Position numbers and translations under genes: made by a program. DNA of 64,000 nucleotides from an uncultured Candidatus Saccharibacteria bacterium (GTDB lineage: Bacteria; Patescibacteriota; Minisyncoccia; Phycocordibacterales; CAIZLB01), in contig CAZVIP010000004.1 in assembly GCA_964627085.1 (NCBI GenBank), forward strand, positions 14,751 through 78,750, written 5' to 3'. Below the pieces are notes generated by a model, which did no database searches, was not told the DNA's origin, and saw nothing but the letters and a program-made list of their open reading frames with translations. Shown piece after piece: positions 49,241-58,033 of the stretch. How positions within the stretch are numbered: position 1 is the stretch's first letter; each line of letters begins with the position of its first letter.

Positions 49241-49324
49241 GCCACCCCCCCCTCACACTACCCCACACTAAAGCACACCCCATCTTAATCTCAGTACAAC
49301 CCGCCCCGCACCACACACACCGAC
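49241..49324. other. C-rich tract (G-rich on the minus strand, capable of forming a G-quadruplex)
   Basis: The plus strand reads ccacccccccctcacactaccccacactaaagcacacccc...ccgccccgcaccacacacacc. The minus strand carries GGGG...GGGG...GGGGGGGG runs. Confidence 0.5.
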
Positions 49325-49333
49325 TCAATCTTT

Positions 49334-49342
49334 TGATATAAT
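49334..49342 (+). promoter_or_regulatory. Extended -10 (TGaTATAAT) 10 nt upstream of the fucosyltransferase start
   Basis: The sequence tgatataat atccttatct ATG. Confidence 0.35.
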
Positions 49343-49352
49343 ATCCTTATCT

Positions 49353-50267
49353 ATGCCAGAAAACCCATACTTTTATATCGGCCTTAAAGGTGGACTCGGA
49401 AATCAAATGTTCCAGTACGCGTTTGGGGTTGCAGCCTCCCTTGAAACACATCACCCACTCGCACTTGATCTCACAAATTACGGCATGCAATCTGCAATTG
49501 ATACGCCTCGCTCTTTTCTATTGCAACACTTCAATATTCAGGCACATATCGCTGACACAAAACATGTGGCGAAATTCCATGCGAGGAATGCAACTCTTTT
49601 TCGTAAAATAAAACGCAAACTATTCCCCCGCTCTGAATACATGTACAATGCGCATGCACTCAAAGTGAAACAGGGGCAATATCTTGAAGGCTTCTGGCAA
49701 ACTGAAAAATATTTTCTGAAATATAGCGACACAATCAAGAGCGAGCTCTCACTCAAAAACCCATACGGCGCAGAGGCTCTCGCAGCTCACATGGAAATTA
49801 AGCAAGCCAAAGAAAAAGGCTTCGAGACTCTCATGGTACATATTAGACGTGGCGATTATGTCACGAACCCTCATTCAGTTAAGCTCCTCGGTGTTCTCTC
49901 TCCAGAATATTTTAATAATGCAATTGCAAAACTTGTCCACACTCTTGATGTAAAGAACATGAATGACCACGGTACAGCGAAACCTAAACATATATTCTTT
50001 GCATCTGAGGATGTCACATGGGTCAAAGAACATATCAAACCCCACCATGATTTTACTTTTATTAGTAGACCGGGTATCTATGACTTTGAGGAAATAATGC
50101 TCATGTCAGAGTGTGACCATTTTGTTATTTCAAATTCTAGTTTCAGTTGGTGGGCAGCGTGGCTTGGCAAAAACCCAAACAAACAAGTTGTCGCGCCAAA
50201 ACGATGGATTATGGATCCAAAAGTCCGAACCGATGATGCAACACCAGCAAGTTGGCTACGAATATAA
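49353..50267 (+). CDS. Alpha-1,2-fucosyltransferase (GT11 family)
   Basis: GGLGNQMFQYA and HIRRGDY signatures of GT11 (FutC/WbsJ-like). Confidence 0.8.
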   Translation: MPENPYFYIGLKGGLGNQMFQYAFGVAASLETHHPLALDLTNYGMQSAIDTPRSFLLQHFNIQAHIADTKHVAKFHARNATLFRKIKRKLFPRSEYMYNAHALKVKQGQYLEGFWQTEKYFLKYSDTIKSELSLKNPYGAEALAAHMEIKQAKEKGFETLMVHIRRGDYVTNPHSVKLLGVLSPEYFNNAIAKLVHTLDVKNMNDHGTAKPKHIFFASEDVTWVKEHIKPHHDFTFISRPGIYDFEEIMLMSECDHFVISNSSFSWWAAWLGKNPNKQVVAPKRWIMDPKVRTDDATPASWLRI

Positions 50268-50332
50268 ATCTCATGGTTTAAAGCCATACTTTAGGCACAC
50301 CTCATATACACCCACATATCTACACAAATAAT

Positions 50333-51247
50333 ATGCAACAAGAAAATACACAAACACCTTCACCGACAACAGCTTCAGAGCAACCGACTCAAAACACAAA
50401 CATACAAACACCCGCTCCAGCGCAAGTTTCAGGATTGGTATCAGCGATTATCCCAACAAAAAATGGCAATGCCACTATTTCAAAAAGTATATTAAGTATT
50501 CAAAACCAAACCTATCCAGATATTCAAATTATTGTAGTTGATGACAATGAAGCCGGGAGCGAGCAATCAAATGAACTCCGAAAAATAGTCAGCCACCTGA
50601 GCACTGCTTCAAACAGCACAGACACAGCAACACCAGCCAGAAAAATCGAAGTAGTCCAAGGCCAATCAAAAGGACCTGGCATCGCACGTCACATCGGTAT
50701 CCTGTATTCAAATGCAGAGTATATCGCATTTTTGGATGATGATGATATTTGGTCGTCGACGAGCAAGGTTATGGACCAGGTCTCTTTTCTCAAAAATAAT
50801 TCAACTGTAAAAATTACCGGCACAGAAAAAACAATTTTCGTTAATGAACAAGGTGAAAAAATCAAAGACGTTTGGCAACCAACTGACCCGACAACAACAT
50901 ACAAGCAGATGCTTATTCGCAACCCGCTTATCACATCCTCTGTACTCATGTACCGCGATACATATATGGCTTCAGGTGGATTCAAAGCAATGCGCCTCGC
51001 CGAAGAATACGAACTCTGGCTCCGCATCGGAAGAAAAAATCACCCATTCCCTATTGCAAATACACCCGGCACTGAAATCACATATACAGTTAGAAAAACC
51101 AGCGCGTCAAACAAAAGAAAAACAAAGATGGCTTGGACCGTATTGTTTCTCGTGATGAAAAATTTTTTCTACTATCCGCACAATATCTTCAGTATTGTAA
51201 AAGCAAAAGTTCCAGTTTTGGGCGCTTTCCTCCCTTTCACAAAATAA
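50333..51247 (+). CDS. Glycosyltransferase family 2
   Basis: VSAIIPTKN...QIIVVDDN...FLDDDD (DxD) GT2 pattern. Confidence 0.65.
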   Translation: MQQENTQTPSPTTASEQPTQNTNIQTPAPAQVSGLVSAIIPTKNGNATISKSILSIQNQTYPDIQIIVVDDNEAGSEQSNELRKIVSHLSTASNSTDTATPARKIEVVQGQSKGPGIARHIGILYSNAEYIAFLDDDDIWSSTSKVMDQVSFLKNNSTVKITGTEKTIFVNEQGEKIKDVWQPTDPTTTYKQMLIRNPLITSSVLMYRDTYMASGGFKAMRLAEEYELWLRIGRKNHPFPIANTPGTEITYTVRKTSASNKRKTKMAWTVLFLVMKNFFYYPHNIFSIVKAKVPVLGAFLPFTK

Positions 51248-51259
51248 ATTTATTTAATT

Positions 51260-53941
51260 TTATTTGCCGAGCAATTTTGAAAGTGTATCAAAATCCACCT
51301 CTCCGTTTTGTGTTTTTGCTGTCGAGTTTTGCACTGTGCTTTGAGCGACGTTTTGCGCAGGCTCTTTCACCTCAACATTAACACTTTCGTTTATTACATC
51401 TTTTTGTGATGCCTCGGTTTGATTTTGAAATGTTTGAGCTTGAGGTCGTGTTTGCTGAGGTGCCTCAGAGTCAGTTTGTGGGTGAGTTTGAGCAGTAGTC
51501 TTAGGTAAAGAGCTCTGATCCGCTGAATTAAATCTTGGTTCAACTCTATCAGTATTACCCGCAGAAACATTTGTATCAAAATTTCTACCAGCATTAATAT
51601 CAACTGGCTTTTGCACAACAGTTAATTTTGCCAATTCTTTTAAATCAACAAAACCGTCATCATTACCCTGGGTATTATTGTTATCATGATTTCTATCACT
51701 ATTACCTTGATTGTTACCGATTGCATTGCCATTATTTTTATCACTCACGTTATCATCGACTCCCGCAACTGGATCATTACTTGTTTTTGCATCATCGCCC
51801 AAAAGCCCAAGAAGTGCATTCTTGAGTGCGAGTAGATTTTCTGGTTTTGGATTTTTGTCCTGATTTTTTGTTCTTTGCTCGTCTTCTTTTTTGTCTTTCA
51901 AATAGTTCAAAGAGATTGCCTCACGTAGACTCTTTTCTCTGTCTTCATTTTCGCGACTCTTTCTTCCAAAGTCCCTGTTTGAATTGTCTCTTATACCATC
52001 TCTCGCGCCGTCTCTTGTAGCCTGTGGCTGATATCTGTCTGGTACTGATTGGCCTGCGTCTGTATTCCTTCGGTCAGCTCCGCCTGAGCTATTTTGCTGA
52101 TTGTTTTGAGTATTACTGTATGTTTGTCGACCTCTGTCATTACCCCCTTCCCTTGGGTAATTTTGAGCCTCTAGAGGTGCTTTGGGATGTGGTTGAAAGC
52201 CATTTTCTCGGAGAGCGCCGTCTGTTCGATTCATGTCGCGTCTTATTGTTTCCGGTGAATTATTTTCACGTTGAGGAGCGTCTCTTCTAGGGCCAGCATC
52301 TCTGTTGCCACCATCCCTAGTCATATTACGACTACTATCTCTACCTCCTTCGCGGTTAAAGTCGCGAGCTCCATCTCTAGCACCATCTCTAGTGCTGTCG
52401 CGTCCACCATCTCGGCTTGGACCACCATCGCGCGCACCACCTTTGTTTCCACCAGCACTTGGATATTGTGGTTTATTGAAATTATTACCAAAACCGTTGT
52501 TTGATCCTCCACTTTGAGCACCACTAAATCCTCCACGACCACCATCACGATTTCCTCCGCTGTTATTTCCACCACCATTATTTCCGCCACCCTGGAATGA
52601 AGAATCACCGTGTGATGCAGAACTTGGAGCAGTACCACCGACTGGTTGAATTTTTTCTATATGCCATCTTCTGATTTCATTTTCAACCTCTGCTCGTGGA
52701 CTTGCAAATTGTTCACGTGAAGCAGAGATAATCTCGTGCACATAAATTTGGGGAGGCTTTGGAATTGGCGGCATACCCATGGCAGAAAAAGGTACAGATG
52801 TTACCTGATCAATCATGAGCTTGAGATACATTTGGTACTGCTGTAAATTCACCATGTCTTCAGCACTGAATTGTGGCGCGAACTCTTTCTCAAAAACTGC
52901 CGCATCATATGAACCTACACGATACGTAACCATAGTACCCACGTTACCGAATACGGCAGCGCGCACTTCATCTGTCATCTGCTCAATATATTGGTGTGCA
53001 ATTATGAGACTCAATTTATATTTTCGGGCTTCTGACAAAATATCAGCGAATGATTCATTGGCAAAAGACTGGAACTCATCTACGTATAGATAAAACTGAG
53101 CCGCTTCCTTCATCTCTTTTTCACCAAGATCGGCACGTGACATAGCCGCAAGATATATTTTGGTAATGAGCATGGCTCCGATAAGGTTTGCATTACTATC
53201 TCCGACACGTCCCTTAGACAAGTTGATAATGAGAATTTTTTTCTCATCCATTATTTTTCGAATATCAAAAGAGGATTTACTCTGTCCGATAATATTTCGC
53301 ACAAGTGGATTTGCGACGAATTGACCGACTTTGTTTTGAATAGCAGGTGCTGCTTCAGCGGCAAATTTATCTGTATATTTTGCATATTCTTCTGTCCAAA
53401 AAGCCTTCACAGAAGGGTCAGTAATATTGTTTACGATAGTTGTTCTGAAATCTTTGTCGGTAAGCATTCTGTTCACACCCATCAGTGTTGATCCTGGGTA
53501 TTCGAGGAGGGCCAGCAAAATATTAGTCAAAATATATTCCATTCGGGCTGACCATGCATCGACCCAAATCTTTTTGAAGGCGGTCATAAGACCACTCACC
53601 ACAAGGTGTCTACGCTCTGCACCCACATCTTCGAGTACATTAAATGAGATTGGAAAATCGAGGTCGAATGGCGCGAAATAAATAACATCTCTAATTCTAT
53701 GTTCTGGCACATATTCAAGAAGGAGGTCCGCTGTTTTACCGTGTGGATCAATAAAGGCAAGCCCTTCCCCATTTTGTATATCTTGAATTGCTAAATTTTC
53801 CAGGAGTGTTGATTTACCCATGGCTGTTTTACCAATAACATACATATGTCTCGATCGATCTTTTTTCTTTATACCAAAACGCACACGCCTATTGCGTGCA
53901 TCAGTCTCACCAAAATATGTTACTTTCTCATCATCATTCAT
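51260..53941 (-). CDS. VirD4/TraG/TraD-like type IV coupling-protein ATPase with a ~450-aa Gly/Arg/Asp/Asn-rich disordered C-terminal region
   Basis: Walker A (VIGKTAMGKSTLL), FIDPHGK, Walker B-like (YLYVDEFQSF), and a conserved coupling-protein C-lobe. The C-terminal half is low-complexity (GGGNNGGGNN, RDGGRDSTRDGARDGARD). Confidence 0.55.
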   Translation of the reverse strand: MNDDEKVTYFGETDARNRRVRFGIKKKDRSRHMYVIGKTAMGKSTLLENLAIQDIQNGEGLAFIDPHGKTADLLLEYVPEHRIRDVIYFAPFDLDFPISFNVLEDVGAERRHLVVSGLMTAFKKIWVDAWSARMEYILTNILLALLEYPGSTLMGVNRMLTDKDFRTTIVNNITDPSVKAFWTEEYAKYTDKFAAEAAPAIQNKVGQFVANPLVRNIIGQSKSSFDIRKIMDEKKILIINLSKGRVGDSNANLIGAMLITKIYLAAMSRADLGEKEMKEAAQFYLYVDEFQSFANESFADILSEARKYKLSLIIAHQYIEQMTDEVRAAVFGNVGTMVTYRVGSYDAAVFEKEFAPQFSAEDMVNLQQYQMYLKLMIDQVTSVPFSAMGMPPIPKPPQIYVHEIISASREQFASPRAEVENEIRRWHIEKIQPVGGTAPSSASHGDSSFQGGGNNGGGNNSGGNRDGGRGGFSGAQSGGSNNGFGNNFNKPQYPSAGGNKGGARDGGPSRDGGRDSTRDGARDGARDFNREGGRDSSRNMTRDGGNRDAGPRRDAPQRENNSPETIRRDMNRTDGALRENGFQPHPKAPLEAQNYPREGGNDRGRQTYSNTQNNQQNSSGGADRRNTDAGQSVPDRYQPQATRDGARDGIRDNSNRDFGRKSRENEDREKSLREAISLNYLKDKKEDEQRTKNQDKNPKPENLLALKNALLGLLGDDAKTSNDPVAGVDDNVSDKNNGNAIGNNQGNSDRNHDNNNTQGNDDGFVDLKELAKLTVVQKPVDINAGRNFDTNVSAGNTDRVEPRFNSADQSSLPKTTAQTHPQTDSEAPQQTRPQAQTFQNQTEASQKDVINESVNVEVKEPAQNVAQSTVQNSTAKTQNGEVDFDTLSKLLGK

Positions 53942-54154
53942 TTCTGTATATAAGTATACAGAATATATCTATCTTTGTGTAATTAAATATGTGCAATTCA
54001 TGTATAAATCTGTATAAAAAAGAATAGCCCACCGCAGGACCCCTTTTCCATGTCATGATAACAATGGGTTAGGGGCCCTACGGGGGCTATGTCGCTTCTC
54101 CGCACTAAAAATAGTTTGGGTAAATATCCGCTGGCCTTTGCCGGCGGAAAAGGT

Positions 54155-54604
54155 TCAGGCAGTGCACTCCAAGTGCACCACAGAGAGCCAGGTTGGCTGC
54201 GTCGCGTCTTTCGCTAGTCGGCCATTGGCAAGGTCATCGCAGGTATTCCAGTTGACGAACTGCGCCGTATCGGTGGCGGAGTAAGCGGCGTAGGTGTGTT
54301 CCCAAGCAGGTGCAGCGGCATCGAGATAATGCACAACGCGGGCGAGATCGCAGTGGCCGGGGACCACCTGACTATCGCATCCGAGCGAGTGAGCATTCAA
54401 CGAGACGGCAGCTTCTTGACTAACGGCGAGGCCGGCGGGTGCGCACCAAATGACAGCAGGTTGGAAATAAGACCAGGTATCAGCGGGCTGATGCGTGGTT
54501 CGGGAATTCCATCCGGCGGCACGTTGGGTGTCTTTGGCCAATGCGGATGCAGGCAACATAACAAGTGCGCAGAGCGCACACAACAGGATACTGAGTAATT
54601 TCAT
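54155..54604 (-). CDS. Small secreted hypothetical protein in a GC-rich island
   Basis: Signal peptide MKLLSILLCALCALVMLPASALA. Its GC content is much higher than that of its neighbours, and it contains several Cys. Confidence 0.4.
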   Translation of the reverse strand: MKLLSILLCALCALVMLPASALAKDTQRAAGWNSRTTHQPADTWSYFQPAVIWCAPAGLAVSQEAAVSLNAHSLGCDSQVVPGHCDLARVVHYLDAAAPAWEHTYAAYSATDTAQFVNWNTCDDLANGRLAKDATQPTWLSVVHLECTA

Positions 54605-54863
54605 AGGATCTTTTCTGGGTTTGTTTCTGTTTTGTTTGTGACGCGTCCTAATACACCAAGCGGAATGCTTGGATTCAAAGAACGACTAAGATAAATGGTA
54701 CGCCTGGCAAAAATCTTTGTCAAGGATTCCGAGTAGTTTATCCACAGGTGAATTCTCGCTCAATTTATGTCTATTTAATTCCTCTTTTTTCCAACTATTC
54801 AAAAACCTCCTGCCTCAATATTGAGTCAAGATTTGATAAAAAATAAATCAAATATAAATCAAA

Positions 54864-56330
54864 CTAGATACTAAGTGATCCGCCTGGAGTATATGTATTT
54901 GATGCATCCCAAAGCATCCAACTTGTAAGACCGGCATCATAAGTTGCTTTGATTTGTTTGCGGACCATATCAGCGGTATATGTTGCACCGAGATTAAAAT
55001 CCTGTAGCCAAGGTCTAAGCTTCAAAGGTGACAATCCAATATTTTTTAATTTTGTCACACCACCATCCATTGCATGCTTCACAATTTCATATGGATAAGC
55101 TGATGGGTTTTTATAACCCATAAAGTTTGGTGGATAATGAGATGGATATACCATCGGTCCGATAAAATCGAGATACGGTGCAGCACGCTCGAGTACCTGC
55201 CCTATTCCCAAATCATCAGTATTATTTGTGACCATACCAAATAAGTCAGCAGAAATAATTAGTCGTGGCATTTGTGCGACTGTTGTCTCTATCTTTTTTC
55301 CATCGAGGCTTGTGTCCGCTTTTGCTGCCTCAAGACCTGAGATATTTAATCCATAGGCTGAAATCAAATCATCAAATGCAGGGTCACTTGCTCTTGTATA
55401 TTTGAGTCCAGGAGCAATTGGTGTGGCTGTAGAACTAGCCGTTGAAGTTGCAACTGGTGCTGTACTTGTTTTTGAAATGCCGAGCGCCCTGCCACCGCGG
55501 AGCTCTTTGTCAATATATTTAAAGAAGCCTTCGAGAGATATTGCCTTGTCGGTTTTTCCACTTATCGGGAAAGAAATATCAACCATATTTCCATCAGACG
55601 GATATCTAATATAGTCAAAGTTAATTTCATCAAAACCCATTTCTTGAGCAGATTTTGCAATCTCTACATTGTATTCCCAAACTTTGCTTGAGCCTGTGTC
55701 CATCCATGAAATACCCTTATGGTCTTTCCACACCTTTGAGCCATCTTTTGTTTTGACGGCTTGGTCCGGCATCTTTTTTACCATACAAGGATCTTGGAAT
55801 ACAGCCACACGCCCGATGACATAAATATTTTTGTCATGTAATTCTTTGATAAAAGAAGATATATCTTTTATTCTCTCATCGATACAACCAATTTCTTGGA
55901 GATGAGCAGAATTTGGGACAAAAGAAATCATACCAGTATAATCCTTGATATCGATAATGATGGCATTTGCCTCAGTTCGCTCTATGTCTTTGACAATTTT
56001 TGAGCGTAAACTCGGAGTACCCGCAACCCAACTCGACATATAGAGACCTTTCACAGCTTTTGGCAAAGTCACATGAGTGACAAGTGCGGCAGTCGCTGTA
56101 GCATTTTGCACACCTGTGCCATCTGTCTCAGTTCCAGAAACCATAATGCCATCTATGCTTTTTGAACCACTTGCTATACCGTTTTTCCTTTCAGAAGAAT
56201 AATTTGATGTCTTATTTGGTATAAAAAATGCTGCAACGAGGACAAAGAAAATAATCATTCCGATAACGATTAGGACCATCTGTCTTCGGCTGGCACTAAG
56301 CCTGATATCATTTTGGGTTTTATTTCGCAT
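54864..56330 (-). CDS. Membrane-anchored putative glycoside-hydrolase-like TIM-barrel protein (DUF4015/GHL-type, tentative)
   Basis: N-terminal transmembrane helix, then a large extracytoplasmic domain with the acidic blocks MGFDEINFDYIRYPSDG and DFIGPMVYPSHY. Confidence 0.35.
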   Translation of the reverse strand: MRNKTQNDIRLSASRRQMVLIVIGMIIFFVLVAAFFIPNKTSNYSSERKNGIASGSKSIDGIMVSGTETDGTGVQNATATAALVTHVTLPKAVKGLYMSSWVAGTPSLRSKIVKDIERTEANAIIIDIKDYTGMISFVPNSAHLQEIGCIDERIKDISSFIKELHDKNIYVIGRVAVFQDPCMVKKMPDQAVKTKDGSKVWKDHKGISWMDTGSSKVWEYNVEIAKSAQEMGFDEINFDYIRYPSDGNMVDISFPISGKTDKAISLEGFFKYIDKELRGGRALGISKTSTAPVATSTASSTATPIAPGLKYTRASDPAFDDLISAYGLNISGLEAAKADTSLDGKKIETTVAQMPRLIISADLFGMVTNNTDDLGIGQVLERAAPYLDFIGPMVYPSHYPPNFMGYKNPSAYPYEIVKHAMDGGVTKLKNIGLSPLKLRPWLQDFNLGATYTADMVRKQIKATYDAGLTSWMLWDASNTYTPGGSLSI

Positions 56331-56414
56331 AGAAAAATATTATAGGTATGCGACTATTGTATACCACCTGTTATCAATAGGCCATATAATATTGTGTACG
56401 GCGGAGATTATTGA

Positions 56415-57131
56415 TTATTTTACACCAGGGATGATGAGGACAAACTCCCCCTTTGCTTTGTTTGGGTCAGTCTGGATTCTGTCTAGATGATCACTTGGTG
56501 TGAGCAAAATTGATTCCTCGAAAGTTTTCGTGATTTCTCTCGCAACCAAAATTGGTCTCTCTGTACCACAAAGTTCAATCATAAATTTTGAAATCATTAT
56601 AAGAGCCTTGTCTATTCTATGTGTAGACTCATAACAAATATATGCGTGCTCTGCCTGTACCATTTGTTTAACTAGAGTCTCTCTCCCCTTCTTGTGAGGT
56701 AAAAATCCGACAAAAGTAAATTCATCGACCGGGAGACCTGCAATTGAAACAGCCGCCGACAGAGCGCTCGGACCAGGAATTGCAAAGATCTGTACATCAG
56801 GCAATTCCTCACGGACCCTTGATACCAAAAGTGAGCTCGGATCTGAAATACCCGGTGTACCACTATCTGTCACATATGCAATTTGCTTCCCTTCTCTCAA
56901 ATAGTCCAAAATATGATCAATACGACCACTACCACTCTGAGCATGGTAACTCTCTGTATGATTATGTATTTCATAATGTGAAAGCAGTTTGCGAGTATAC
57001 CTCGTATCCTCACAGAAAATGACGTCCACTTCTTTGAGTGTACGTAGTGCGCGGAGTGTTATGTCCTCTAGATTCCCGATAGGAGTGGCGACTATATAGA
57101 TTGTCCCTGTATTCTGACCAGAATTATTCAT
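56415..57131 (-). CDS. rsmI: 16S rRNA (cytidine1402-2'-O)-methyltransferase
   Basis: TIYIVATPIGNLEDITLRAL...VIFCEDTR, the tetrapyrrole-methylase fold N-terminal signature of RsmI. Confidence 0.8.
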   Translation of the reverse strand: MNNSGQNTGTIYIVATPIGNLEDITLRALRTLKEVDVIFCEDTRYTRKLLSHYEIHNHTESYHAQSGSGRIDHILDYLREGKQIAYVTDSGTPGISDPSSLLVSRVREELPDVQIFAIPGPSALSAAVSIAGLPVDEFTFVGFLPHKKGRETLVKQMVQAEHAYICYESTHRIDKALIMISKFMIELCGTERPILVAREITKTFEESILLTPSDHLDRIQTDPNKAKGEFVLIIPGVK

Positions 57132-57147
57132 GTAGATTATTTATACC

Positions 57148-57963
57148 CTATTCATAATCTACGTCAACACTCTGAAAGCCATTTTTGGTAACTATGATAT
57201 GGTCGAGAATTCGTATGCCGATAATCTTACCGGCACTAATCAGTTGCTTGGTTATCTCAATATCAGAATCACTCGGTGTCGCAATTCCAGATGGATGATT
57301 ATGTGCAAGGATAATTGCTGCAGCTCCATATTCGAGTCCAGGGCGAAGCACCTCTCTTGGATGGACTATATTTGAATTCAATGTTCCGATTGAGATCACT
57401 TCATCGTGTATGACACGGTTGTGAGTATCGAGGTAAATACCACGAAGCTGCTCCTTTGGAAGATTGTGCATGTCTTTTAAGAAATTAAAGACATCATCTG
57501 CTGTGCGAATAACCTGTAGACCGAAATCATTTTTCTTGTATAGTCTCTTGCCGATTTCACTACAAGCGATAATCTGACATGCCTTGCCAATTGGAATCTG
57601 TAGACTCTCTGACATCTGTTTGGCATCAAGTTGTGTGATGAGTGCACTGTGACCATATTCACGGACAACTTTTTGTGAAATTGAAAGTACGTCCTCTGAT
57701 TTGGTGCCAGTGTTTAGTACAATAGCGATTAGTTCCTGCAGAGATAACACCTCGGGACCACTCTCAATCATCTTCTCGCGAGGTTTGTCGTCAGTTGGAA
57801 GATCGCGCAATTTGAGCGGATATGTACGAACGGTAGGACGACTATACATTCCACTATCTCCCCCTCCGTATACTATAGGTGTGCCATATGAAAACTCTGA
57901 CCCTGCATCAAAAACAATATCAGTGTCTTGTAATTTATAGGTTAAGGATTTGGCTTTAATCAT
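57148..57963 (-). CDS. radC: RadC-like JAB/MPN domain protein
   Basis: C-terminal HNHPSG...SxxD JAMM-like motif and a helix-hairpin-helix-like N-terminal region. Confidence 0.75.
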   Translation of the reverse strand: MIKAKSLTYKLQDTDIVFDAGSEFSYGTPIVYGGGDSGMYSRPTVRTYPLKLRDLPTDDKPREKMIESGPEVLSLQELIAIVLNTGTKSEDVLSISQKVVREYGHSALITQLDAKQMSESLQIPIGKACQIIACSEIGKRLYKKNDFGLQVIRTADDVFNFLKDMHNLPKEQLRGIYLDTHNRVIHDEVISIGTLNSNIVHPREVLRPGLEYGAAAIILAHNHPSGIATPSDSDIEITKQLISAGKIIGIRILDHIIVTKNGFQSVDVDYE

Positions 57964-58033
57964 GGGTAGATATTATGTAACTAAAGGTTATTTTAGAATT
58001 ATACCACGCCGAGATTAAATAAATCTCAATTTT

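Noticed and set aside
51394-52638. Several plus- and minus-strand ORFs listed inside the coupling-protein gene (Pro/Ser-rich, His-rich and Val-rich ORFs)
   Set aside because: They are alternative-frame translations of the repetitive GGN/CGN/GAY-rich DNA that encodes the disordered tail. None has a start context or a partner.
54000-54154. A GC-rich noncoding segment downstream of the secreted-protein gene, considered as a possible structured ncRNA
   Set aside because: Only short imperfect hairpins could be drawn (ccgccggc / gccagcgg). The conspicuous GTGCAC palindromes lie inside the adjacent coding sequence. There is too little evidence for an RNA gene.
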